Shown here one piece after another: positions 1 through 11,996 of a stretch of 64,000 nt of DNA; positions within the stretch are counted from its first letter, which is position 1, and every line of letters starts with the position of its first letter. Where the stretch lies: assembly GCA_964036045.1 (NCBI GenBank), contig OZ038379.1, positions 7,378,001 through 7,442,000 of the forward strand, in the 5' to 3' direction. A model generated the notes under the pieces. That model was given only the letters and a program-made list of their open reading frames with translations, was not told the origin of the DNA and did no database searches. Origin of the DNA: Eutreptiella sp. 'Long Island Sound 2002'. Lineage: Eukaryota > Protista > Euglenida. Made by a program: the position numbers and the translations under genes.

Positions 1-2242
1 GCACACCCGGTGCATGCCCTGTACACCCGCTGCATGCCCTGTGCACCCGGTGCATGCCCTGCACACCCGGTGCATGCCCTGTACACCCGGTGCATGCCCT
101 GCACACCCGGTGCATGCCCTGCACACCCGGTGCATGCCCTGCACACCCGGTGCATGCCTTGTGCACCCGGTGCATGCCCTGTACACCCGGTGCATGCCCT
201 GCACACCCGGTGCATGCCCTGCACACCCGCTGCATGCCCTGTACACCCGGTGCATGCCCTGGACACCCGGTGCATGCCCTGCACACCCGGTGCATGCCCT
301 GTACACCCGGTGCATGCCCTGCACACCCGGTGCATGCCCTGTACACCCGCTGCATGCCCTGTACACCCGGTGCATGCCCTGCACACCCGGTGCATGCCCT
401 GCACACCCCCTGCATGCCCTGTACACCCGGTGCATGCCCTGCACACCCGGTGCATGCCCTGTGCACCCGGTGCATGCCCTGTACACCCGGTGCATGCCCT
501 GTACACCCGCTGCATGCCCTGTACACCCGGTGCATGCCCTGTACACCCGCTGCATGCCTTGTACACCCGCTGCATGCCCTGTACACCCGGTGCATGCCCT
601 GCACACCCGGTGCATGCCCTGCACACCCGGTGCATGCCCTGCACACCCGGTGCATGCCCTGCACACCCCCTGCATGCCCTGTACACCCGGTGCATGCCCT
701 GCACACCCGGTGCATGCCCTGTACACCCGGTGCATGCCCTGCACACCCGGTGCATGCCCTGTACACCCGGTGCATGCCCTGTACACCCGGTGCATGCCCT
801 GTACACCCGGTGCATGCCCTGTACACCCGGTGCATGCCCTGCACACCCGGTGCATGCCCTGCACACCCGGTGCATGCCCTGCACACCCGGTGCATGCCCT
901 GTACACCCGGTGCATGCCCTGCACACCCGGTGCATGCCCTGTACACCCGGTGCATGCCCTGTACACCCGTTGCATGCCCTGTACACCCGGTGCATGCCCT
1001 GTACACCCGGTGCATGCCCTGCACACCCGGTGCATGCCCTGCACACCCGGTGCATGCCCTGCACACCCGGTGCATGCCCTGTACACCCGGTGCATGCCCT
1101 GTACACCCGCTGCATGCCCTGTACACCCGGTGCATGCCCTGCACACCCGGTGCATGCCCTGCACACCCGGTGCATGCCCTGCACACCCGGTGCATGCCCT
1201 GCACACCCGGTGCATGCCCTGTGCACCCGCTGCATGCCCTGTACACCCGGTGCATGCCCTGCACACCCGGTGCATGCCCTGTACACCCGCTGCATGCCCT
1301 GTACACCCGGTGCATGCCCTGCACACCCGCTGCATGCCCTGTACACCCGGTGCATGCCCTGCACACCCGGTGCATGCCCTGTACACCCGGTGCATGCCCT
1401 GTACACCCGGTGCATGGCCTGCACACCCGGTGCATGCCCTGTACACCCGGTGCATGCCCTGCACACCCGGTGCATGCCCTGTACACCCGCTGCATGCCCT
1501 GTACACCCGGTGCATGCCCTGCACACCTGGTGCATGCCCTGTACACCCGGTGCATGCCCTGCACACCCGGTGCATGCCCTGTACACCCGGTGCATGCCCT
1601 GCACACCCGCTGCATGCCTTGTACACCCGGTGCATGCCCTGTACACCCGGTGCATGCCCTGTACACCCGGTGCATGCCCTGCACACCCGGTGCATGCCCT
1701 GCACACCCGGTGCATGCCCTGTACACCCGGTGCATGCCCTGCACACCCGGTGCATGCCCTGCACACCCGGTGCATGCCCTGTACACCCGGTGCATGCCCT
1801 GCACACCCGGTGCATGCCCTGTACACCCGGTGCATGCCCTGCACACCCGCTGCATGCCCTGTACACCCGGTGCATGCCCTGTACACCCGGTGCATGCCCT
1901 GCACACCCGCTGCATGCCCTGTACACCCGGTGCATGCCCTGTACACCCGGTGCATGCCCTGTACACCCGGTGCATGCCCTGCACACCCGGTGCATGCCCT
2001 GCACACCCGGTGCATGCCCTGCACACCCGCTGCATGCCCTGTACACCCGGTGCATGCCCTGCACACCCGGTGCATGCCCTGCACACCCGGTGCATGCCCT
2101 GCACACCCGGTGCATGCCCTGCACACCCGGTGCATGCCCTGCACACCCGGTGCATGCCCTGCACACCCGGTGCATGCCCTGCACACCCGGTGCATGCCCT
2201 GCACACCCGGTGCATGCCCTGTACACCCGGTGCATGCCCTGT
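1..2242. repeat. 20-bp minisatellite, 112 units in window (consensus GYACACCCGSTGCATGCCCT); may extend upstream of window
   Basis: The 20-nt period is directly visible and stays in register from 1 to 2240. Main variants are at unit position 2 (C/T) and position 10 (G/C). Confidence 0.99.
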
Positions 2243-2471
2243 CCTCATCATGGAGGTCCAGCAACAGGTCCACCGGGGAGTCCTGTGGCAGGTCCCAGTA
2301 GACTTGCCACGGTCGCTGCGCATGGGAGAACGTGTACCCCATGCTGCGCAGCGCGCCCTCGATGTGGGTGCACTCCTTGGCGTCAGAGCGGTTCTGCACT
2401 CACTGTGGGGCCTTCGTGCCATCCTTCAACTTGGAGTATCCATACTCCTTGTCCCACTCAAGGCTAGCCAT
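2243..2471 (-). pseudogene. Coding-like fragment interrupted by an in-frame TGA (2400-2402) and abutting the minisatellite; tentatively resembles the N-terminal region of tubulin-tyrosine-ligase-like proteins
   Basis: Manual translation gives MASLEWDKEYGYSKLKDGTKAPQ*VQNRSDAKECTHIEGALRSMGYTFSHAQRPWQVYWDLPQDSPVDLLLDLHDED with strong GC3 bias. ALRSMGY...WQVYW resembles the TTLL 'LxxxGF...WdlyW' segment. The family call is inference only. Confidence 0.35.
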
Positions 2472-4059
2472 GAGCGGCACCAACCGTCCCGCGGTACCGG
2501 TTAGGGGCGCTGCAGGCCGGGGCGGAAGAGCCGTCGACTAGACAATGATGCTTTTGGTTGAAGATGCGGAAGTGCTGTTGGTGAGAATGTTGTGGTGCAC
2601 TCTGTCTGCAGGGCTGGTACCAGTACGCTTGATGGTGGCTGGGAGTGTTGTTGAGGCGGGTGACGCGGTCCACTCTCTCTACAGAGCTGGGACCAGTACG
2701 CCCGATCGTGGTGAGGTGGATGCTGGTGTTCTCAAGGTTCTTGTTGTAGGCCCACGGTGGCTCTCGGCGGTAGAACGCTTTTGACACGGTACCGTGGAGG
2801 GCTGGGGTCCACGGGTCCGCTACGCACGAACGGGCAAACGCACGCAAGGGCAATGGGCGCCGAGACCATTCTCATAGAACAAAGCGTTCTAGGATCCTTG
2901 CCACTCCGAAATACATGAAATGATGCTATGTACAATCAGCACGTATGTACACCCAGCAAAGCACGATAGGGAGTGGAATGGGTTCAGGGTGCGATGCAGC
3001 ACTAGGCATCTGAGTCCTGCCCACAACCCTACCACACGGTTCTCCTTGCCGATGGCCAGCAGATATGGGGGTTCTGCCGCAATCAGACCTTAGAACCCTG
3101 AAATGGCAAGGGTGTCCCGACCAGCCACAGTGGCGTGCGGGGGCGTCAATAGGCCCCTTTGCCAACCGACAATTGCTCTTCATCTTCCTTTAATGGTCAG
3201 GTTTGACCTTCCAGTTAGTTGACCCCGCCATCATCCCAAGGGGGTATGGCGTCCGAATCATGGTGATTTCAGCCCAGATTTCCGATGTGGCAAAACATCC
3301 AAACATGACCCCTTACCTTGGCCATATGAGGGTAGGGCCCAACCAACCAAGTGCATCCCCTTGAAGTACAATTCCCGTAGAGGCCTTGTGTATCCTAGCT
3401 CCCTCGGATTCCTTAGCAACCTGGAGCCTTAGGGTTGCCAAGTGGGCTCAGAACGCCAAAATGGCCGAAATTGCCCACACTGACGGCGATGCAGGGGCCT
3501 AGTGATGGTCCCTTTGAAGAAGGGACCATGGCCCCTGAATAGAAGAAAGCGGGAGCTTCTGGCCCAAGGGCCACATCGCTACCAGCCTGAAAGCTTTCTC
3601 GCGGGCACGGCACCATGTTTGTATCCACTCAACAGGCAGCATTATGGAAGCCACGGGGGGCTCGCCGGGACCGGACCCTTTACGCCGACCCCCCCCCCCC
3701 TCCCTGGAAATTGGCTGGAAAGTGCCTGATCATGGGCGCCAAAGGCGCCCTAAGGAAAATTTGCTTGAATTAGTAGAGGGTGAAAAAATGGGTTTTCACC
3801 CCATGTGTCTACACTCAAAATACTCAGTTTTTTGAGGAGAACCCAATGATGGATGAAACCCAAATTGGACCAAATATGAATACCACCCCTGTGCAGTGGT
3901 GTGTCACAGATGGCCCATACCCTAGTGGGTAAAGCATTGCCTCTGCAACTGAATGGTCCTGGGCTCAAACCCCAGTGTAGGTAGTCTATAGGACCATAGG
4001 CAGGATCAACGACACCATGGGAAATTGTTTGTTTTTGTTTTTTTTTGTTTTTTTAGTGC

Positions 4060-4292
4060 TTTGATTTTGTCCCCTTTGTTGGGGATCCCCGAGAAAGCAG
4101 GGGTGACGTAGCATTTCTGCCCACTTGTGGGCCCCCCAGTAGGCAGGGTTTAGGCAGCCATTTCTGATTTTGTCCCCATTTGTTTGGGGATCCCCCGAGA
4201 ATGCAGGGGTGATGTAGCATTTCCGCCCTTTTTTGGGCCCGCTTTGATTTGTCCCCTTTGTTGGGGACCCCCGAGGATGCAGGGGTGATGTA
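4060..4292. repeat. Dispersed repeat family built from roughly 60-bp subunits with a GGGGATCCCC/GGGGACCCCC core
   Basis: TGATTTTGTCCCC..TTGGGGATCCCCGAGAA.GCAGGGGTGA.GTAGC recurs three times here. Related copies occur at about 17315-17400, 25700-26150, 44030-44260 and, inverted, 63082-63470. Confidence 0.9.
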
Positions 4293-5959
4293 GTGGGCAC
4301 GTAGTGCGCGGAGAGAACTTTTTTTAAAAAAAATATATTGCGCACGTTGCAAACCCCCCCCCCTCTCCTCCAAAGGGTTTCGAAACATACATGAACTCCT
4401 TCTTCACAACATGCATGGTTTGGCCTGGGTGGGGCGCCACTGGCAACAGTGGCCGGAAATTGACTCGGGGTTCTATGCCCTTAAACACAAGTACCACCTA
4501 CCATGCCCCCCCCCCCCCCCCCTAGCAATTTTGACACAGCAACAGCAATTGAACACACAGACACACGGCAGAACACACCATAGGACTACCACAGCAACTG
4601 AGAGCCGAAGGAGTGCTTGATCACGGTAGCAGTGGGAGGTAAGACACACAGTATGTCGCATGCAGGCAACTTTGCCGATATATAAGTCATCAGGTGAACA
4701 CGCACGAATGTTGCCGTTTGATTGTAGATATGGATGTAGCTTTATGACGGATGAATACGTTGTGCTTCATCTAGATTGTCCATAGCATATCCTCTCGAAC
4801 ACAAGAACAGTTGCAGTTTGAATGATGATTGCACCCCCCTAGCAATTTTTCTTGCCCACATACATTCCAGAAAAATGTCTAGGGCGATGAGGGGGTCTTT
4901 TTAAGCCATATATGTTGGGGTCCGGGTGCCCCCCTCCCCTTCAGCCGGCCCCAAACCCCCCCCCCCCCCCCCGACCCGCCCCCCCTGAAATTGGCTGGAA
5001 AGTGGGAGGGAGTCGGCGTATGGCCCGATGGTACGCCCCCCCCCCCCCCCTTGATGGAAGCCCCACTATGACCAATAAATATGGTCACACACATCAATTC
5101 GATCTTGATTCGTGCAGGAGTACACAGAGTAAAGCACCTCTTTAATCAAGCGGGCCAACCCCACCATGGACTCATCAAACATCTCCCGCCTTCGTGTTGG
5201 ACTATTTACTCAGCAGGTTTTGTGCCTACCAGGGACTCCCGCTCAATGATTGGTCTGTGCCGTCAGTGTGGGCGGGAACATGGGCCAAAGCCCACTCCTT
5301 GGCCCTTGTGGCTCCATCCAAACATGTAACGGAGCCAAACACATGATCTTTGTTGTGGAGCGCCCCGTTGCCTCCCTCCTTACGTGTTACGGGATTTCAT
5401 TTATTAGAGCATGTTGTAACTAAGGGTTAGGGTCCGCCTCTTCCCCTGGTTACAAACCAAAGACCGCCCCCTATGCGGAAAAGAGGAAACGGTGAGGCAT
5501 GCCCTCAAATAGTGCAAGTTTTTCAAGCATGTTCAGCAAGCTATGCATTCGTGCTTTGGGGAGGGGCGTATCCGGGGCAAAACAGGGCCCTGGGTGCAGC
5601 TACCTATCGCGCAAGCACTTCGAACAACGCCCGGTTTGGTGCTCTCGTGTGTGCGCAAAGCGCACTGGGGCGTCTGATGCGTCACTAGGGCCTGACATTG
5701 ACAAATTCGTTACAAAGTGGGCGGAGGAAATTAGCGTGGCGATATGGTGGGTGCCTTTGCAACACCATAGTAAAGCTCTACGAGAATTTCATGGAGCCTT
5801 GCTCTTTTTCCTGAAAGAAGGGACGGTTCCCAAACGTCATAGCAACTGGCGGCAATATAACCCCAACATCATGCCAAACACATCAACCCATGTTAAAAAG
5901 TAGAAACCATAGGCTCACAAGGCCTCAGTGGTGGAACAAGTGAAATCTCTAGTCCACAC

Positions 5960-6295
5960 CCACATCTTGGAGGGGTCGCACACACCTTTTTTTTCTCGGT
6001 GGGTCATCCAAGCGATATGAAAAAAGTGGATATGTGGGGGCGGGGGGGTGCCCGGGCAACTGGGAATTTGAAACCCACCTGGAAGAAGATGAACGCCAAA
6101 CCTATAACAGCGGCGAACTCGAGGGTGCTATTGCAGTAGTCCTGAAAGTGACCCAACACACTGTGATTTTTGGGGACTCTAAGTATGCCCTCAATAGAGT
6201 ACATGGGGAGGCATATAAGTGGCGACGCAATGGTTGGTGTGGGCCTCAATAGCCCGTACCTAACTCCATGCTATGGGAAGCACTATTGCAGGTAT
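5960..6295 (+). mobile_element. Decayed RNase HI domain, probably from the C-terminus of a non-LTR retrotransposon ORF2
   Basis: HILEGS ... GYVGAGG ... ERQTYNSGELEGAIAV ... VIFGDSKYALNRVHGEAYKWRRNGW ... *PVPNSMLWEALL follows the RNase HI pattern (TDGS, QTNNRAEL, TDS, KWKRNGW, PVKN..LW), with stops and frameshifts. Confidence 0.65.
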
Positions 6296-8559
6296 AGATT
6301 TGACCCCCCACCTCATTTGGTAGGCGTGGCCCCCGTGGCACCGGGGCATCCCTTGTAATGAGCAATCAGACAGGTCAGCAGAGCGGGGTCGCCGCATGCA
6401 CCCCTTCTACATTACATCCATCTCACCCCGCCACCGGCAGGGCCACAATCCCCACCCAGCCCAGATGTGCTGCGCAAGCCAGTGGCGTCCCGTGTGCTCC
6501 TCGTGGATGAGGAGTATATTGCCCTGCTGCAGGCACCGCTTTTCACAACGCCTTCTAATGTCACTTTGTCTCCTAGTGTCAAGTCTCACAGATGCTCACA
6601 GCCCATCTTAGAGCCAGAACACCATCCGTAGCACGACACCCAGTCATCTACTCACACCGTCACCGATGAATACTGCGCCTTGAACCCATGACTGACGGCT
6701 ACCACCCATGGCCAATGTATTTGAGAGCTCGAGAGTTACCCGATCCAGCTGCGGGCGAGCCCTTAGTGGAATGGGTCCTGTTCCATGATGACTGTGATTA
6801 CAGCATGATGTTGGTGATAGGCCGGCGTGGCATTTGCTTGGCATAATACCTACGGCATATTGGTGGCTTGCCACCACAAAATTGACCAGTGTGTGGTGTT
6901 TGGCGTTTGTCAAGCAGTACATACTTAGTTCACATGCGCAGCGCCTGAGAACCACATACAAAATGGGAGAGCCACCGGATCCGCCGGACAGCCGAAAACA
7001 CCAACCCCAAACGCCAGAGACGAGATACCATACCCTGAGAACTGCACGCGGCGGCACAAGCGGCGAGGCGCCTGCGGCGCCTCTCCGGTGCTGGTAGGCC
7101 AACAACCCGCCAACACCACCTACGTTGGCAAGCTATGAAGTGAGATTAGAATGGCACACCGGCAATACATGATAGTTAACTCGAATATTCCACCTGTGTC
7201 TGCCTTTGTGCTACAGAGACCCCTTTCTAGCCAACAGGCAGGGCTGGGCCCTGGGGTGGGGGTTCCCGCGCCTGACATTAGTGGTGCACGCCACATCACT
7301 CCGTTCAACGGTGGTTGACATTCACTGATCTGCTGCAGTCCAACTCCTGCTCTTGCCCCACTGGCTGTCCTCTGCCGTCCCAGTCCCTATGCTCTTGTGC
7401 AGTCCCATTCCCTGCCCTTTGGGCACCAAGCACATTGCCAAGCTAACCCATAGCCTTATGCCTCCTCTCCATGAGGAAGGCAGGTAGGTAACAGGGAACG
7501 GTAATGCACTGTCTCAAACCATGTGTGTGAAGCGCCGGATGATCTCGAACACTTGTTGATGGTTTTGGACAGTCGAAAAAAAATTGACCGGCGTTTGAGC
7601 TGAGATATGTCCACACAAACAAGCCGGCATTCGGCCGGCCAAAGAGTCCGGCATATTGCCGGTGATCCAGTCTGGTAGCTCAGCCCTACAATTGTGCCCT
7701 TGTTTGTAGAAATGGGCCGACGTCCGGGCTAGGAGTTGCCTGTACAAATGGGTTGTTGTCCAGGGCGAGATTTGCTTATGCAAACAGTTCGGCCTTCAGC
7801 CGGCCAAAGAGCATGGCATATTGCTGGCCATCTACATAGCGCTTGCGATCTGGCCCAGCGGCTTGGCCCTGAGTTCCTGTACAAACGGTGTCCAGGCCAA
7901 GATTTTGTTTTGCCTGTACAAAGGGGCCACTGCATCCGGCATATGGATATCCATTTCCTTGGTTGACATAGAGCGTACCTAGCAATATTGTTGCCCTACC
8001 TCCAATATTCGGTTGTATGTACCTTCTTGCCAGCAGCATGGTTAGCCCCAACTGCCTTGCCTCCCTGAACTGTCTAGTAGTATGTGCTATTGTTGCCATA
8101 GTTGAAACATGTGGACAAGGCCAAAGATCTTGGCTCTCATCACATCCCTTAATGATTCGTGGCGCATAGATTCTTGACTTGTACGTATTCAACTCCTTAC
8201 CTCCCAAGGGCTTGTAAGCCCCCGAGTTGTTTGCATGAGGTCCCATGGACCGCGGCAGCTGCAGCTACGTGATATAGTCTCTACCCAATGTTATATATCT
8301 ATGGGTGTGCACCACTGTGCTTGGGCCTTGCATGCATGAAACCAAAGTTTATAGAAGATAAAGTGAAATTTATTTTTGGCCGGGGGGGGGATAGCTGTTA
8401 TTACAACGAATTTCGATGTGTTGTGCTCAGTGTTGCCACGCCAACGCAGCCGGTGTACAGCTATTTGGTCCACCATCAATCCTGAATGAGTTTTGATGAT
8501 TTGCGCCCACATGTGCATGTGCATCTTCCCACTATTGACAGAAGAGGTCAAAACATAAG

Positions 8560-9010
8560 TCCGTGGAATGCGCAGCCGCATGGAGTGCTGAACCAGGAGC
8601 ACACCCATAAAATGTCTGCACAAGGCTGAAGGGCTGATTTGTTGCACAACTGCGAAACTGTAACAACCACAGGGTCCAATCCAAAGGAAACCCAAAATGT
8701 TGTATGGACAGCGGTGACATTAGACAGAGCCAAGGAAGCCAACTACAAAATTCTGGAAACATTGCAGTATTATTTTGTGAAGTTTTGCACCCGCAAATAA
8801 TTTGGCATTGGACCCACTCCCAACTTCAGACCCTTCCCTGTCCAACAGATCACCTCCTTGAAGTACTCCCTGAAGGCATTTGGAGTGGACACCCACCCAG
8901 AGGCATGCTGTCATGGTGTAAAATGCCTTGTGATCCAATTTTGCCACAACAACAGAGTGAGCCTCACATCTGTTTCTGGAAGTCGTTGTCAAAACACACC
9001 TAACCCCAAC
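8560..9010 (-). mobile_element. Highly degenerate non-LTR (LINE-like) reverse transcriptase relic; the relic may extend over about 6640-9500
   Basis: VVVAKLDHKAFYTM resembles the 'D..KAFD.V' motif, and GSV*CHRCPYNILGFLWIGP resembles 'G.rQGcPLSP.LF'. There is no intact YADD, and the frame has several stops and frameshifts. Confidence 0.4.
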
Positions 9011-9670
9011 CCACACCCATTTGGCAACACCGAAATGAAAGGTGTTGTGTTGTCATTTGGCACCTCAGGGGATGTACTTATTTGGGACCACACAGGGCCA
9101 CAACGGCCCAAGGGCCATTTTAAAGAAGTGGGTGCCAATTGCATTGTGCTATTGGGCTCTTGATTGTGCTTTGTTTGTGGGAATGTTTACACAATTGTTG
9201 TGGCCAAAGCGTTTGCTCTCCGTAGGGGCCATTTTGCGAGGGAGTAATTTTGCGAGGGAGTAAAAATCCGGACGGTCCAGGTGTGCTTGCTGCAAAAGTA
9301 GCGTGCGGCATGTGCGTGGCACAAGTACTCCCCCACTGTGCATGCAATGCGAACCCCACAACTGTCTTCCAATTGCTATTTGGTTGCCTCCCAACCATAA
9401 CCAGGCACCCACCCACCACCACTGCCAGTTTGCCCCCAACAAAGACCAGAAGGTTTTATTTTGGTTACCATTCTGTCCTTTCTGCCTCAGCATTTCTCAC
9501 CAAGTCTGCAGCAGCACTCTGCCCTATCTATCCACCAGCTTTGTGCCCCGAGAGTTGTAGTCTGCCGAAGCAACAATTGACTCCATTTTGTTGTCCGTGC
9601 TGGAGATGACGGTGTAATTGGGGTAGAACCTCTGCTTTTCTGACTTTCTGTGCAATTGCAAACGCTTGAT

Positions 9671-10328
9671 ATGGACGGCGAGCTCCGGTTCCGCGCACAG
9701 CAAGGCATGCCTCAAGACCCCCACAACGACGCAGACTTCCACCACCACCACCACCACCACCAACACTACCACCACCACCAGCAGCCTCCCCAATTCGGTG
9801 GCCCCTTTGGGCAAGACTATCCCGGACAGCAATATGGACCACAAAGTGGGGCTCCTCCTGGCTATGGACAAGATCCGAACATGAACTACAATCCAAACTA
9901 TGGCATGCAATACAATTCTGGATACCAACCACCCGCTCAAGCCCCACCTGCCGGCTACGGTATGGGCGGCAACAATTTCGGCAATGATATGATGATGAAT
10001 TTCGGGATGCAGTACGGCAGCAAGGTGCTGCAAAAGACACAAGCCAATTTTTCCCGCTACCTTTTCTGGCTTCAAGGGCTGCATTACTACTTCACCGTCA
10101 ACAACAGCTACGTGAAGAATAAGCTGAAGCTGCTGATGTTCCCGCTGCGACACAAGTACCGCAGGCGCGAAGTGGATGCCGGGCACCGGTTTGAGACACC
10201 GGGCATGGCACCAACGACCAATTATAATTATTTGACGGCAGTCGACGATATCAATGCCCCGGACATGTATATCCCACTGATGGCCTTCATCACGTACATT
10301 TTGCTTGTTGGCTTCATTACGGGCATTG
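9671..10328 (+). CDS. YIF1: YIF1 (Yip1-interacting factor, ER-Golgi trafficking membrane protein), exon 1
   Basis: ATG at 9671. Contains YYFTVNNSYVKNKLKLLMFP and DINAPDMYIPLMAFITYILL, hallmark YIF1 motifs. Ends at a phase-1 GT donor at 10329. Confidence 0.93.
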
Positions 10329-11622
10329 GTTTCTTTCTCCACCTTGTGCGCCCCTACACTCCATGCCCTTTTCCTCTGTTCACATGCCCTCCAGGCCTCT
10401 GCACGGTGTTCGATTGCTGAACCCGTGCCCTGACCTCCTGTACCCTGAACTTTTTGGGGCTTTTCATCATCTTTTTTTTTCCCACCAGAATCACATATAT
10501 GGCACGAGGTTGCCCCCCCCCCCCCCCATACCCTGGAGGTACGGGAGGGGGGTACGGGGTGGGGTACGAGGAGGGGTGCGGCGAGGGGGGGGGTGGGGGG
10601 GGGCTAGGGGGGGTACGGGTGGGCGTAGGGGGGGGCGGGGGGCATTTACCCGTGCACACGAGAAGGCGGTGAATAGTCTGTAGACGCGGTCTGCCCCAAG
10701 TAGACGCGGTCTGCTAACGGGGGGGGGGGGGATACGGGGGGGGGGCGTACAGGGGGGGGGGGTAGGGTACGGGGGGGGGCAACTTCGGGCCGACTATCAG
10801 AATCAATCCTTTTACCAAAGTCAATTGTTTTTACCACAATCAAAATCTTATGACTATGGTCAAACAATTTGACCTACAACGACCACACGGCCCGGCGGCT
10901 GGGGGGGTGCCGGGGTCAACGACATTGGAACGGAGGGCGGAGGTCGTGTTGCAGCCAGACCTCTTTCGCCCCGGAAATCCAAGCATTGGCAATGCACATG
11001 CAGAGAGAAGTGTGAACCTGCAATGCAGCACCTTGAGGACTGGGTTTCATTCTTGTTTTCACAGACAGAGTGTGGGAAACAGGGTTTACTCTGCTTTTGT
11101 GCAAGTCAGTAAGTGTGAGGGGGAGTATTGAGGGGTTGGGGAACCGTTCACTTGGCCGTGACCGAGGGGACCTCTGGCCACTAATCCTCCTCCAACTCCT
11201 CCCCCTCAGACCCCCATCGCCATGCCACCCAGATACGTTCTCATTTTGCCACAAAACAGAATACCCACAGGTGCAGGTTGCGGATCTAACACGTTCCCAG
11301 CGCAACAAACAAATGTCCCTCAGCCCATGTCCTCTGTACTCCTGCCCCGCTGTACCCTCTGCACCCCTGCGCTCCATATGATATGATCTCACACGTCTAT
11401 CACATCTATACCTGCCCTATACATACTACACCATGCACTACACACTACACACTACACACTACACACTATATCCTACACATACTTTACTCTTCCACATTCC
11501 ACGCATTACACACTCTACATACTACACATACTATACTACACACTACGCACTCTACATGCTATACAACCCTACCCTTGTACACTGCGACTTCATCACGCAC
11601 AACATCCTCCTGCCCTCTGCAG
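10329..11622 (+). other. GT-AG intron of YIF1 (1294 nt) containing G-rich tracts and a CACTA-type simple repeat
   Basis: GT at 10329 and pyrimidine-rich CCTCCTGCCCTCTGCAG ending at 11622. The phase-1 join restores the frame G-I-G-G-V-N-F-S-P-E. Confidence 0.88.
11401..11560. repeat. Degenerate (CACTA/CACACTA)n microsatellite
   Basis: ACTACACACTACACACTACACACT and variants are visible directly. Confidence 0.85.
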
Positions 11623-11996
11623 GTGGAGTGAATTTTTCTCCTGAGGTGTTGATTGCGACGGGATCGTCATCAATGGTGCTGACATTGACGGAGATGTTGC
11701 TGCTGCGGCTCGGGTTCTCCGTGCTCTCCGTGCCCAGACCAGTGTACTCTCTTGATTTGTTATGCTTTATTTCATATAAGTTCTTCCATGTCAGCGTCAT
11801 CCTCCTCACGCGCATTGCCCTGCTGCGGTGGATGTACGTGTGTTTCTGGGTGATGTTCGCGGCCTTCCATGGGTATTTCCTGTTGCACACACTCAAATTG
11901 TATTGGCAAGGGAGCGGTAGCCAGCAGCATATGCTTTTCCTATACTTCGTTGCGGGCGTTCAATTTCCCATCTTCTTCTATTTGCAGCATGTGTAA
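11623..11996 (+). CDS. YIF1: YIF1 exon 2 (transmembrane helices); spliced product 343 aa
   Basis: NFSPEVL...LDLLCFISYKF...YFLLHTLK...FLYFVAGVQFP matches the YIF1 C-terminal half. TAA stop at 11994-11996. Confidence 0.92.

Noticed and set aside
1-2242. CRISPR array
   Set aside because: The units are contiguous with no unique spacers, there are no cas genes, and the context is eukaryotic.
10-2504. Three ORFs of 763-817 aa rich in Cys, His and Pro
   Set aside because: They are artefacts of a stop-free 20-bp tandem repeat, which opens all frames with a 20-aa period.
9600-9670. Spliced-leader RNA gene, or tRNA/rRNA genes anywhere in the window
   Set aside because: I recognised no spliced-leader exon match, cloverleaf or rRNA signature by eye.
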